The notes: a model not told the origin generated them from the sequence alone. Shown: positions 8,029-17,432, numbered from the stretch's first letter. The stretch is 18,162 nucleotides of DNA from Candidatus Hermodarchaeum yapensis (GCA_016840405.1 JAEOSK010000045.1:1-18162); one strand, 5' to 3'. Numbers and translations: made by a program.

Positions 8029-11000
8029 TCACTCCTCCTTAGGCATCATATCATCTGCATGTATTGCCACACGGATGGGTTTCTGGAGGAGGATATTGGC
8101 TCGTTCTGCTGAGTTTGAGTCCCAAGGGGGATCAAGATTGTCACAATCGGCAGAAGTCTCAATTATATACCCCAAATCAGAGCAAACGATATGATTCCAG
8201 TTCAGATCATCCCAAGTGTCTATCTCACCAGCTTGATCCTCAAGAGGAACATCAATTCCAAACCGGGGCTCACCAACCCGTTCTTCAATTACAAAGTACC
8301 ATCCGGGGTGATTTTCAGAATCTTCAGGATTAGGAGTCACCATCTCTGTATGACCGCGCGCATCTTCCTCTACCAAATCAAATCCAAGGAACGTGATTTC
8401 AGGTGGTAGAGTTCCCCTGAAAATCGGAGTTTTAGTCTTGTCCTCTTCAAAACTAAAGTTCGGTTCTCTGCGCCAAGGTGTTCCGTCATCTGTTCTGCAG
8501 ATATAAGTTTCTCCCTCTTGCGCCTTGACCCACTTTCCTTCCACTGCATAGATTAACGTTGTTGGATATTTTTTGAGGAGATCTCCGCGGATCAGAAGCA
8601 CTAACTTGCGCACTTCGTCGTCACCAGCAGTTGGAGTACGATCATCGGAAGGAAGCGGATTTTGGCCAAGCTTAGCCGGAACCCATTTGTGCTGTCCGGA
8701 ATCCCATTTACGCCATCGGTGGATTTCATTTATGTCTCTCAACTTGGATTTTAGAAGTTTATCAAACTCAACTTCAATCTCTTGAGGCGTCAATTCTTCG
8801 TAATCGTCTAATTCTTCCAGCTCCTGCCTGATCTCGTCTTCCATCTCTTGAGTTGGAATATACTCGCTAACATCCCAGAACTGCATGAAGTATGTGGCAT
8901 CTAGAGGTGAAGGATATTCCCGCCAGAGCAACTCACGGGCCATCTCTGCATTAGTCCCGACCATGTATGACTCGATGAATTTCCGGTTTGTCTCTAGAAG
9001 GCCTATTGTGTTCTGCGGGACAAATTCCAGTCCCGGCAGCAGGAGCTCCTGTGACAAATCACGAAGAGGTTCGTACATAGGTTGTGAAAATACTGGACCT
9101 ATCCTGATTGGAGTCAAATCCTCGTCAACCATATCGCTGAAGCGAAACTGAAGTTTTGTTCTGGCAAGGACTGTGGCTCGTGGATTTAGGGCATTGACCA
9201 AAGCCGATTGTATTTTTGACAGATCAAGAGGTTCTGGAGGTATGATTGTTTCAAGACCCCTGTCTAGAAACTTTTCATGAGCCTGGACAGCATACTGTAG
9301 GAACTTCTCAGGATCAAGTCCTGCTAATGGATCTGGCTCTCCCTCTGGCAAGACGAATGATGGAGTCTCTAGCGATGAATCCGCCTCAATCGAGATGCCT
9401 CGGAGTTTTTCAGCGTTGATATGTTCAGCATTAACTTGATGGGACATTACAGTATGAACGTAGAGGGGGAGAAGATACCGCAAGATAACAGTGAGAAGCA
9501 CAATTGCGATAACAATGTAAGGCAGTATAACCTGCAACGGACTGAAACCAATTAGAAACCTATATGCCCACATAAGGCAGAATAATCCCAATGCAAGGAC
9601 CGATATAATGAACAGAAGAATCCATCTGAATTTTAAACCAAATATTTCGATGATTCGGGCTCGAGGTGGCCGCAGAGATTCTGATATGCCACCAAGCGAT
9701 ACCGTCCCGTCGGGCTCTGGAGGTTCACCTGCAGGCGCAATCTCATCTTCGTTCAACCTCTCCAACAGGCTTTTTCTGTTTGGATCCTCGTCTTGTTTCT
9801 GGCTGCTGGCGAGTGGGCCTCTTGGCCTCTGAATACGGCGAAATGCAGGCGTGAGAACTGAGATAGGAATGCGGCTTTTATTGTTGATAAGGTGCTGGAT
9901 TGTTACACTAGCAGGCTTCCCACCTTCCTCTGTGTCGATCAGCACTCTTGAATGCAGCTTTGATGTCAGAGCTATGAGATTATCTGTTGAAAGTTGCTGA
10001 AAAGAACCGGCATGCAGTTTTTCTCCGACTTCCATAGCAAACTGACCTTGTCTGAGTCTCTGATTGGCTTCAAGGACTGTCCCAACCTGCTCCCATGCCG
10101 AAGCCATCAGATGCTCCTGCTGGTCCTGAATCACAAGAGTTCCAAATGCTGAAGTCATTCTGTGACGGGGATCAAGATTCAGCTCGTTAAACCAATCACG
10201 ATCTTCTGGGTCGTTCGAATTCGGAACGTCAGTTGTCACTTCTTTGCGAGATGCCTGCCATGCGCCATACAAAGGCGGTACAATCAGTGGGTTGTCATGG
10301 TGTCCCGGTACCCCTTCATTCGGATAGCTGTTTGGTAGGTTTAACAAATCCTTAAGTTCCGACTGAAATTCGTCTTCTGTATTAGTTGGCCATTTGGTGG
10401 ATTCTGTCCGTAGCGACCTGAGTGCTCCTTCAAGACCAAGCGAGTGTTTTAGTTCATCTTCTTCTGTTAGTTCATCCACGCTGACAATGTTCTCGAAATC
10501 ATACCGAGGATAACGACAGTTGATGTGACGGATGCCTACCCTCTTGTCTATGATACGTGGTTCAAGTAGGCGTACTAAATACTCAAAATCGCCCCTCAGG
10601 CCAGTTCGGAATTCCCACTTGAAAAAGTAGGGAAGCCTAACGGGATCAGAAGAATTTGCATCCCAAGCTGGATCAAGTAGGCATGTCTCCTCTGGAATTT
10701 CTTCACCAAGTCCTGTTAGACGACAGGATTCTAATGTAGAAACTATGAAGATATGGTACAGGACATTTTCTTCCAGTTTGCGAGGACACATAAGATTTGA
10801 AGTCACTAGATGGGGACTGTTTTCCAGAATGTCGGCAAATTCGTCTGGTGTTAACTCTTGCTTTTCAGTTGTCACTTGTACGTGAGCCCATGCCCAACTC
10901 TGATCAAGATCAGGAAGAGGTAGTTTACCGTTTTGTGGTTTCACTTCTATCGCTGGCAAAGGCCGATCTGAAGCTGGATCTAGTTCTTCATACTCACCTA

Positions 11001-11415
11001 CATTGTCTTCACCATCGGGAGCTTTTAGCGCAATCAGACAGATAAAAGGTCTGAGACGATCACGGTGTCCTGTAGGGGCAATGGCTGGTACCACGCACCA
11101 GGGAAGATCTCCATGTGAAAGCACAGCTATTGGCAATTTATTTGGTTCATAATCACCAACTACTGTTCTGTGTGTTGGATCAGTTCTTACAATCATTCGG
11201 TGGTCAAGTCCAATAACATCTCCTGGACCATAAAACTGAACGAATTGAGTAATCTCTTCATTTGGCTGATCTACGTGTATCGAGACTGTTATTCCAGTTC
11301 TTTGTCCCGGTTTGTTGTGGTTGGGGTCATTTGGTTTATCTTCAGTCTCGATATATTGGGCCATACCACGCCTGAGAAAAGGTAGAAAGATGTAGTGAGC
11401 TAGGCTCTCAGACAA
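8029..11415 (-). CDS. Large conserved hypothetical protein (1128 aa) with an internal two-helix transmembrane hairpin; DUF6603-associated cluster
   Basis: TTG start with RBS GAGGTGA 6 nt upstream, overlapping the previous gene by 8 nt. Motifs: FLPFLRRG, YGPGDVIG, LPDLDQSWAWAHVQ, WEFRTGLRGDFEYLVRLL, ELNLDPRHR, QEHLMASAWEQVG, ELLWREYP, LLIRGDLLKKYP, GWYFVIEE. Two hydrophobic helices near aa 598-650. Confidence 0.92.
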   Translation of the reverse strand: MSESLAHYIFLPFLRRGMAQYIETEDKPNDPNHNKPGQRTGITVSIHVDQPNEEITQFVQFYGPGDVIGLDHRMIVRTDPTHRTVVGDYEPNKLPIAVLSHGDLPWCVVPAIAPTGHRDRLRPFICLIALKAPDGEDNVGEYEELDPASDRPLPAIEVKPQNGKLPLPDLDQSWAWAHVQVTTEKQELTPDEFADILENSPHLVTSNLMCPRKLEENVLYHIFIVSTLESCRLTGLGEEIPEETCLLDPAWDANSSDPVRLPYFFKWEFRTGLRGDFEYLVRLLEPRIIDKRVGIRHINCRYPRYDFENIVSVDELTEEDELKHSLGLEGALRSLRTESTKWPTNTEDEFQSELKDLLNLPNSYPNEGVPGHHDNPLIVPPLYGAWQASRKEVTTDVPNSNDPEDRDWFNELNLDPRHRMTSAFGTLVIQDQQEHLMASAWEQVGTVLEANQRLRQGQFAMEVGEKLHAGSFQQLSTDNLIALTSKLHSRVLIDTEEGGKPASVTIQHLINNKSRIPISVLTPAFRRIQRPRGPLASSQKQDEDPNRKSLLERLNEDEIAPAGEPPEPDGTVSLGGISESLRPPRARIIEIFGLKFRWILLFIISVLALGLFCLMWAYRFLIGFSPLQVILPYIVIAIVLLTVILRYLLPLYVHTVMSHQVNAEHINAEKLRGISIEADSSLETPSFVLPEGEPDPLAGLDPEKFLQYAVQAHEKFLDRGLETIIPPEPLDLSKIQSALVNALNPRATVLARTKLQFRFSDMVDEDLTPIRIGPVFSQPMYEPLRDLSQELLLPGLEFVPQNTIGLLETNRKFIESYMVGTNAEMARELLWREYPSPLDATYFMQFWDVSEYIPTQEMEDEIRQELEELDDYEELTPQEIEVEFDKLLKSKLRDINEIHRWRKWDSGQHKWVPAKLGQNPLPSDDRTPTAGDDEVRKLVLLIRGDLLKKYPTTLIYAVEGKWVKAQEGETYICRTDDGTPWRREPNFSFEEDKTKTPIFRGTLPPEITFLGFDLVEEDARGHTEMVTPNPEDSENHPGWYFVIEERVGEPRFGIDVPLEDQAGEIDTWDDLNWNHIVCSDLGYIIETSADCDNLDPPWDSNSAERANILLQKPIRVAIHADDMMPKEE

Positions 11416-14400
11416 TTGCGTTCACCTCACACTGCGGTACTATCTGAATCTTCCCCACTTCCTGTGGGTTATCAGCTAGGTACTCCTCCATCGCTTGGAG
11501 TGCAAGTACGGAGTTTAGAGTTCCATTGTTTGGTATTTCGGTAGAGTCTAACTCAGTCATATCAGCATTGTAGACAATTGAGTATCTTTCTTCAATTAGG
11601 TCAGCTGCTGGTTTGACCCGGGGAATCCTATACTTTGCATCACCTGAATTTAGTATAGGTGCCTTGGAGGCCGCACCTCCTCTGAGCAGAAACTTACTCA
11701 TTCTCCAATTACATTTTGTGGACTCAGGTAGTTTCCGAGCCATTTTGTTCTCGTCGATGATCTCAGTCTCATACTTTAGTTCGTAATCTACCTGAGTACT
11801 GACATTAATCTCAGTTGATTTACCTCTCACGCCTGATTGAATGAGTACATAAGCAGCTGAACACCATATCTCATCGTCAGACATCATTTTAAACATTGGC
11901 ATAGCGAAATAATCTAATGTAGGGTCAGTATCCAAGAGGATAGGTGCGGCTTCTTGGTCGGATGGTTTGATGTATACCTGGCTTATATCGAATTGATTAA
12001 TATCCCCCATCGGAACATTGTTTCTGAATCGAGTTATCTTGATTCCTAGTGGAAGGACATTCTGGCGGATCTCAAGATAGCCGGTTGCGAATATTAAGAT
12101 GTCAGATCCTGTACTCTCTATCTGGCGGATTTGTACTCCTATTGGCTCACCTGAGGGTAACGCACCACCCCAGTTCTTCTTGTGTTCAAGTGCCTCCTTT
12201 AGCGGGGGCCAAGGATTCACCGTCGGCAAAGTTGCCTTTTGGCGACTACCCCAAGTTGCACTGACCTTGACCTTTATAGTAAAGAAGAGTATCGTGAACT
12301 TTGCTTTTCCAGAGACATGCCAAGGAGTAGGCCCGGAAAGAAGAAGGTCCAGACTGATCGAAAGGAGCGTTGCTCCATCTACCTTGATAGCCACGCCTGC
12401 ACCTATCTCGACTTCGAAGGAGAAGGGTGTGAATATTATTAGCGCGTCGAATCCCATGTAGCCCTCAACTCTGAAGGGCCCAGCCTTTGCTAGGAGGTCA
12501 AGCTTGGCGCCAAATCCGAGTGATGTAGAGGTTAAAGCGAGGTAGGTCTTCAGCGTGATTCGCGGGTTGTTGCCTGAACCAATGCTCAGAGTCAGGCGTC
12601 TTAATGATGGTACGTCTGCGGGGATTGTTTTGTCTCTTGGGTGGAAGCCCCCGAGGGACAAAACGAAGTAGGGTCTGTTGCCCCAGCTCAGACCGATGTA
12701 GGCGTCACCGTAGAGGTCGATGACAAGTATCCTCGAGTTGTAGATGCTCGCCATGAAGTACAGCTTTTTCTGCTCCAGGTCAAGGACTCCAAGCACATCC
12801 AGATGGAGCTCTATGATCGCTGCGTCTTCGCTCGGGAGGTATGTGTATACCTGTCCGAGTACGGCCATCTTGATGGGCATTGGAACTTCGATGAACAGCC
12901 CGATGTCAGCATAGACAAGTTCGCTCCAACTCAGCTTCGCCATGAGACCGATTGTATATCGGTCTTCGGTCGGCGGGAAAATTGAGCGGAGGTCGCTGAT
13001 TATCTGAGGGGCTCTTATGATGATGTCGCCCTCAGGAAACATTACAGAGTCGAGAGTTCCTTCCTTGAGTCCATCACGAATGACATCAGTCTTCATAGTC
13101 CGTTGGATTCCTAGAAGTCCGCCGACTCCGTGAAGATAGAAATTGTATGGGAGAGAAATGGCTGGGTCAAATGTAACGTTTATGAGGCTGAGCATGGAGA
13201 AGCCTTTAGAACCGTCTGGCATGCGAGTCGTTATCAGGGTAATTGCCACAAGACCAATCTCAGAGAATGCAAGCTGTAAAACACCTTCATATCGTTCATT
13301 ATCATGATCGAATCTAAGGAATCCACCGCCAGTCAGCCCCGCTGCATTTATTGCCAATCCAACGCCGTTGGGCCATTTGAAACCAAGATCGATGTTTGCA
13401 GGACCCAGATTTCCCCCATCATCAGGAAAGATGATTGGTATCTCAAGTCCGATTTGATTAACACTGGCTGAAATCGGACCTATCTTTGCATTGAGTGTGG
13501 CCGCAATTGTGATGGAAATCTTCTCTGCCAGAAAAGCCAACGCTAAGTATGTGCTCTCAATTTTAATGGGGCCCAAGGAGATATGCAGTGGAATTGTGAC
13601 ATCAAGTGCAGCACTGCCACGGAAATAGACACCAGTCAGTGACGACCATCCAACACCTAGATCAAAAGTAGCTCTTATGCCATCCTTTGGCAGTATTGTT
13701 TCCAAAAAACCATCGGATTCATCTGATTTGACGACTAATTCAGCATTGTTTACATTTAATTGCGTACCTAGCTCTTTGGAGTCTTCAGAGATTTCACCCC
13801 ATAATGTGACATCGCATCCCTCCACAGAAAAATGACTTGTATTTGCGGTGCCAAAGAGGTATGTACCTTTCCGATTCTTTTCTGATGATTCTCTGACTAG
13901 TTTTATCTGAAACCGAATTATTGTTGGCATTGATGGAGCGGAAAGCAAGTTAGTTAGTAGATTTATCCTCATGGGCGGGCGGAGTGTGACGCCAAATCCA
14001 CTGTTGAGGTCTGCAGAACCAGAGAATTTAATTTTCCACATAGGGGATACATTATATTCAAGTGTAGCATCCCCTAGCAAATAAGGTATTAAAGCCAGTC
14101 CATCAACCTGAGATGATGAATCAGTTACCGGTCCGATGTGAACTCCGCCTTCTATATATTCTGTGGGCCAAGAACCTCCCAAGAAGAAGGGAATTCTCAA
14201 TTCCTTCAGACTTTCTGCAGTCCCTGTTAACGCACCTGAAACCCTTGAATCTTGATCGTAGAGCCCTCCAGGAAGTGAGAACGTTCTCATGACGAGGTCG
14301 AGATGTGCGAGGAACCGATCACTACTAAAAGAGGACAACCATGAATAAACATCCTCTGCAACAGATTGTGGTTCTGTGACTAGTTTAAATGGTCGGTCCC

Positions 14401-14932
14401 AATGAATTCTACGCAGAACGAACTTGGGTTGGAAAATCTCAGGCCTTGCAGTTTCCTCCTTATTCTCGATTATTCCCAAGAATACTAGAATGCTGTAGAT
14501 CTCAGGCCATGAGGTTTGAAGGTAGGTTACCATCAAGTAATCAATGAGACGAGTTGTAAACTCATCCTTGATAGTGCTATTTGTCAGGAAGTCTTGGTAA
14601 TCAATAAGAATTGATTCAATATTTGTGATTGATCCATATATCATGTTAGAGAGCGATGCCAGAGATGTACCCAATTCTAAAAGATAAGATATGAACTCCT
14701 CCTCTTTGGTTGTGTCTTTCTTCCGTGCGAGGGCATCTATAACGCTAGTTATTCCATCTGTGAAATCTGTTAATGTGACTGGGAAAAGCTGAGAACCGGG
14801 TAACTCCCATCCTAGCTCATTCATCAGCGCTGTTACTCTTTCAGGTGTGTTCAGGCTTGATAAAGGTAGGAACACCTTTGCCTGTTCCTCAAAAGCAACA
14901 CTTAAGATCGAATCCGAGTCTATTCTTGTCAT
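11408..14932 (-). CDS. DUF6603-like beta-rich large protein (about 1174 aa; start more likely 14932 than 14938)
   Basis: Helical N-terminal region of about 220 aa, then long Gly-rich amphipathic beta-strand runs (PNGVGLAINAAGLTGGGFL, YEGVLQL, LHGVGGLLGIQR, FVLSLGGFHP, YMGFDALIIFTPFSF, LSGPTPWHVSGKA) that I recognise as DUF6603-type. RBS GGGGGTGA (14946-14939) is 6 nt from the ATG at 14932, the same spacing as at the next two genes. Confidence 0.85.
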   Translation of the reverse strand: MTRIDSDSILSVAFEEQAKVFLPLSSLNTPERVTALMNELGWELPGSQLFPVTLTDFTDGITSVIDALARKKDTTKEEEFISYLLELGTSLASLSNMIYGSITNIESILIDYQDFLTNSTIKDEFTTRLIDYLMVTYLQTSWPEIYSILVFLGIIENKEETARPEIFQPKFVLRRIHWDRPFKLVTEPQSVAEDVYSWLSSFSSDRFLAHLDLVMRTFSLPGGLYDQDSRVSGALTGTAESLKELRIPFFLGGSWPTEYIEGGVHIGPVTDSSSQVDGLALIPYLLGDATLEYNVSPMWKIKFSGSADLNSGFGVTLRPPMRINLLTNLLSAPSMPTIIRFQIKLVRESSEKNRKGTYLFGTANTSHFSVEGCDVTLWGEISEDSKELGTQLNVNNAELVVKSDESDGFLETILPKDGIRATFDLGVGWSSLTGVYFRGSAALDVTIPLHISLGPIKIESTYLALAFLAEKISITIAATLNAKIGPISASVNQIGLEIPIIFPDDGGNLGPANIDLGFKWPNGVGLAINAAGLTGGGFLRFDHDNERYEGVLQLAFSEIGLVAITLITTRMPDGSKGFSMLSLINVTFDPAISLPYNFYLHGVGGLLGIQRTMKTDVIRDGLKEGTLDSVMFPEGDIIIRAPQIISDLRSIFPPTEDRYTIGLMAKLSWSELVYADIGLFIEVPMPIKMAVLGQVYTYLPSEDAAIIELHLDVLGVLDLEQKKLYFMASIYNSRILVIDLYGDAYIGLSWGNRPYFVLSLGGFHPRDKTIPADVPSLRRLTLSIGSGNNPRITLKTYLALTSTSLGFGAKLDLLAKAGPFRVEGYMGFDALIIFTPFSFEVEIGAGVAIKVDGATLLSISLDLLLSGPTPWHVSGKAKFTILFFTIKVKVSATWGSRQKATLPTVNPWPPLKEALEHKKNWGGALPSGEPIGVQIRQIESTGSDILIFATGYLEIRQNVLPLGIKITRFRNNVPMGDINQFDISQVYIKPSDQEAAPILLDTDPTLDYFAMPMFKMMSDDEIWCSAAYVLIQSGVRGKSTEINVSTQVDYELKYETEIIDENKMARKLPESTKCNWRMSKFLLRGGAASKAPILNSGDAKYRIPRVKPAADLIEERYSIVYNADMTELDSTEIPNNGTLNSVLALQAMEEYLADNPQEVGKIQIVPQCEVNAIV

Positions 14933-14938
14933 ATACAT

Positions 14939-17392
14939 TCACCCCCATCCGCCCGGTGGATTGCCTGCGTTGACATTATTACGGACTGCAAGCAGTTCAT
15001 CTGCGTACACCAGGCCTGCAACAGCGCCAGGAAGACGCCTAACCCAACTATTCGAAGCAGGGTTGTAGTTGTGGTATCTATATCCACTATTATAACGGGA
15101 CCACATTTCCAAGTCTAATTGATCTGCTGTGAAGTTTGGTGCATTTGGGTAGGATGTCCCTTCATTTGGTGGGTTGCCTCCAGTGGCTCCTACACCTCTA
15201 GCTGGATCCCATATCCATGGATCGCCATTCCGTACTTGGCTCAGGTATGTGAGTGCATCGTTTCTAAACGAATTCAGTCTTGCCAAGCTGTTTTGAACAT
15301 TTTCCTTCCAATTCCACAGTTGACTGAGTGTGGGTGGTGGACGTTTTGTTAATTGACCTATACCATAGCCATTGTCGAATGATCGGAGCACAGTTAAGGG
15401 ACCAGCTCTGTATTGGTTAAGTGTGGCAGGATTGTCACTGAACTGCGTGAAACGCGATTCACGGTGCCCCACAACTTGCATACTAACATTTGCACCAAAC
15501 TCATTTCGAACTGTAGCTTTTGGTGCATTTTTCCCCCAAATCACAAGCGTGTTTGGAGAAGTTCGAACCTGTAAAACAACATCATCAATTTTTACTCTAC
15601 AGTATACTTCAAGATCACCGCCACAGAAAGTATTCCCCCAATTCAATGGCCACTGACCAATAACATCTATCGTGTACCAGTCATCGTTCGTAGGACCAGG
15701 TAAATATATTGTTTCAAAAGTCCTGTTCACGTCCATGTTTGTTGCCGGATCCCATTCTGTATATTGGCCATCGTAAGTAATAGCGAGTCTTACTTCTCGC
15801 GTTAATGTTGCAATGATTGCACTAGACAAGCCCGGTAAACCAACCTCGATAGTTAGAGCGGGCATTCGAGGATCTTCGAATTCAATCGGATGGACTATAC
15901 AATTAGGATTGTTTGGGTTTGGTACCGAATTCGGACTTCTAACAGTCAGTTCAATTTGTAGTATCTTAATCTCATGCATGTTACTGACTGATAAAATCCC
16001 ACCATCTTTCAATGCTACAAGACATACAGAATATACTCCTGGGTCTTCGACTCTTTCTCCTGAATCAAAGCTACCATCCCACAAGAAAGGTGAAATTAAT
16101 GGTGCAGATATATTACCAATAATCTGATTATCGAAATCACGAACCTCAAGAACCATGTCATCAGGCATATCTAACCCACTTGGTGAAGAAACCTCGAAAC
16201 AGATCTCGATGAAAATTGTGCCTTGGAGAAGCTCATCCAATTTTACTACCTTGGTGGAAGAAGGTTCAATCAATACCTGAGCAAGCGTGAATTCACCAAA
16301 GAAGGCTGAAAAAAAAGGTGAACTAAGGAGCTTGAGAACTCTGTTACCATACTTAGTAGGTTTGGCATCTTCCCTGGGGGTCATTGTTGCACCTAGGTTG
16401 TATTCAGTTGCAATTATCGATAGAGCGTGTTGATTTTGCATCAACTGCTCATTGTCTACGCCCTCCCAACGATTAGGGCGATTCTTAAGTTTTGACAACA
16501 ACTCTGCACAAAGGAGTATATTGGTTCGGGGGAAGCGAAGGATGTTGAACAAGTCTATTTTCTGATACGAATCAAGATCAGTATAGTTATCTCGGATTTC
16601 TTTTCTGCGAAGCTCCCTTTGGTCGCTTTCTACTGGTAATTCTCTCCAGAGGTCAGGAAAAACTACCATCGAGGCAGTAGGCATACTAATCTGACAAACA
16701 CCAATTGATTGCTTTGTGAGTTTAGGATTGTCATATTCTTCGTTACTGAGGATCTCTCTAATGGCCTCAATCTCGACACTTCTGACAGACTCTCCTACGA
16801 GATAGACTCGTTGCCATTCATATTCTTTGGGTCTGAAGGACACCTCTTTATATACTATAGCTGCAAGGAAATCTAAAGGGAATTCATGCTGGGCGGCGGC
16901 CTTTTCAATATATGATTTGAGATCATTTACTAGCTCCCTAGTCGTCTGTGAGTCACCAACCCTTGCTGCTGCCCAAACCCAATTGGCAAGTGCTGAATCA
17001 ATAATACCAACTCCATTGATATACTGCTCTAACTCTGCGTTCCTTTCCACTATTATTTGACTCAATGTTAAAGTGACAACAGTGTTTCCTCCTACAATTA
17101 CATCAACAACAACTCGCAATTCACCTAGGTTTTCAGGCGTGTATTCATTAATACCGACATTCGTTGTTTCTTCCTCTAGCTCACTTGGTACGGATAAAGG
17201 AAGGAATGTCCATTCATATCTGTCAGCCATGGTATTGTTCTGTGCGAAGACAGCATAGTCAATACGAGTGCCCTTGGCAATTGGCGATGTAAGGTAACTG
17301 ACAAGGGAGTAATTCCCACTAGAAAATGCTTGACCAAGGTCAGAGGCTTGCATACCTTCTGGTATTCTTGCTTCTGTCTTCCGTACAGTCAT
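14939..17392 (-). CDS. Multidomain protein (817 aa) with two lysozyme-like/SLT-type transglycosylase domains separated by FlgD-type Ig-like modules; putative peptidoglycan-degrading effector
   Basis: Domain 1: IEKAAAQHEFPLDFLAAIVYKE(183)...SIGVCQI...NILLCAELL...EYNLG...YGNRV. Middle: FLWDGSFDSGERVEDPGVYSV (FlgD-Ig-like motif). Domain 2: QVVGHRE(645)S...GYGIGQLT...WNWKENV...RYNSG...YADEL. No obvious signal peptide. Confidence 0.75.
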   Translation of the reverse strand: MTVRKTEARIPEGMQASDLGQAFSSGNYSLVSYLTSPIAKGTRIDYAVFAQNNTMADRYEWTFLPLSVPSELEEETTNVGINEYTPENLGELRVVVDVIVGGNTVVTLTLSQIIVERNAELEQYINGVGIIDSALANWVWAAARVGDSQTTRELVNDLKSYIEKAAAQHEFPLDFLAAIVYKEVSFRPKEYEWQRVYLVGESVRSVEIEAIREILSNEEYDNPKLTKQSIGVCQISMPTASMVVFPDLWRELPVESDQRELRRKEIRDNYTDLDSYQKIDLFNILRFPRTNILLCAELLSKLKNRPNRWEGVDNEQLMQNQHALSIIATEYNLGATMTPREDAKPTKYGNRVLKLLSSPFFSAFFGEFTLAQVLIEPSSTKVVKLDELLQGTIFIEICFEVSSPSGLDMPDDMVLEVRDFDNQIIGNISAPLISPFLWDGSFDSGERVEDPGVYSVCLVALKDGGILSVSNMHEIKILQIELTVRSPNSVPNPNNPNCIVHPIEFEDPRMPALTIEVGLPGLSSAIIATLTREVRLAITYDGQYTEWDPATNMDVNRTFETIYLPGPTNDDWYTIDVIGQWPLNWGNTFCGGDLEVYCRVKIDDVVLQVRTSPNTLVIWGKNAPKATVRNEFGANVSMQVVGHRESRFTQFSDNPATLNQYRAGPLTVLRSFDNGYGIGQLTKRPPPTLSQLWNWKENVQNSLARLNSFRNDALTYLSQVRNGDPWIWDPARGVGATGGNPPNEGTSYPNAPNFTADQLDLEMWSRYNSGYRYHNYNPASNSWVRRLPGAVAGLVYADELLAVRNNVNAGNPPGGWG

Positions 17393-17414
17393 TGAAGCAC
17401 ACTAATCCTAGGCA

Positions 17415-17432
17415 TTAATACCCTTCTTAATT
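17415..17432 (-). promoter_or_regulatory. Putative TATA box (TATTAA) with a purine-rich BRE-like segment for a leaderless operon transcript
   Basis: The minus strand reads AAGAAGGG-TATTAA (TATTAA at 17420-17415), 23-28 nt upstream of the ATG at 17392. That ATG has no Shine-Dalgarno, unlike the internal genes. Confidence 0.4.

Noticed and set aside
557-14938. Assignment to eCIS, T6SS, Tc toxin, prophage or a known defence system
   Set aside because: No sheath, tube, VgrG/PAAR, baseplate, RHS/YD, terminase, nuclease, helicase or P-loop motifs are recognisable in these proteins.
14933-14938. Start of the DUF6603-like gene at 14938
   Set aside because: That ATG directly abuts the RBS. The ATG at 14932 has the 6-nt spacing seen at the next two genes.
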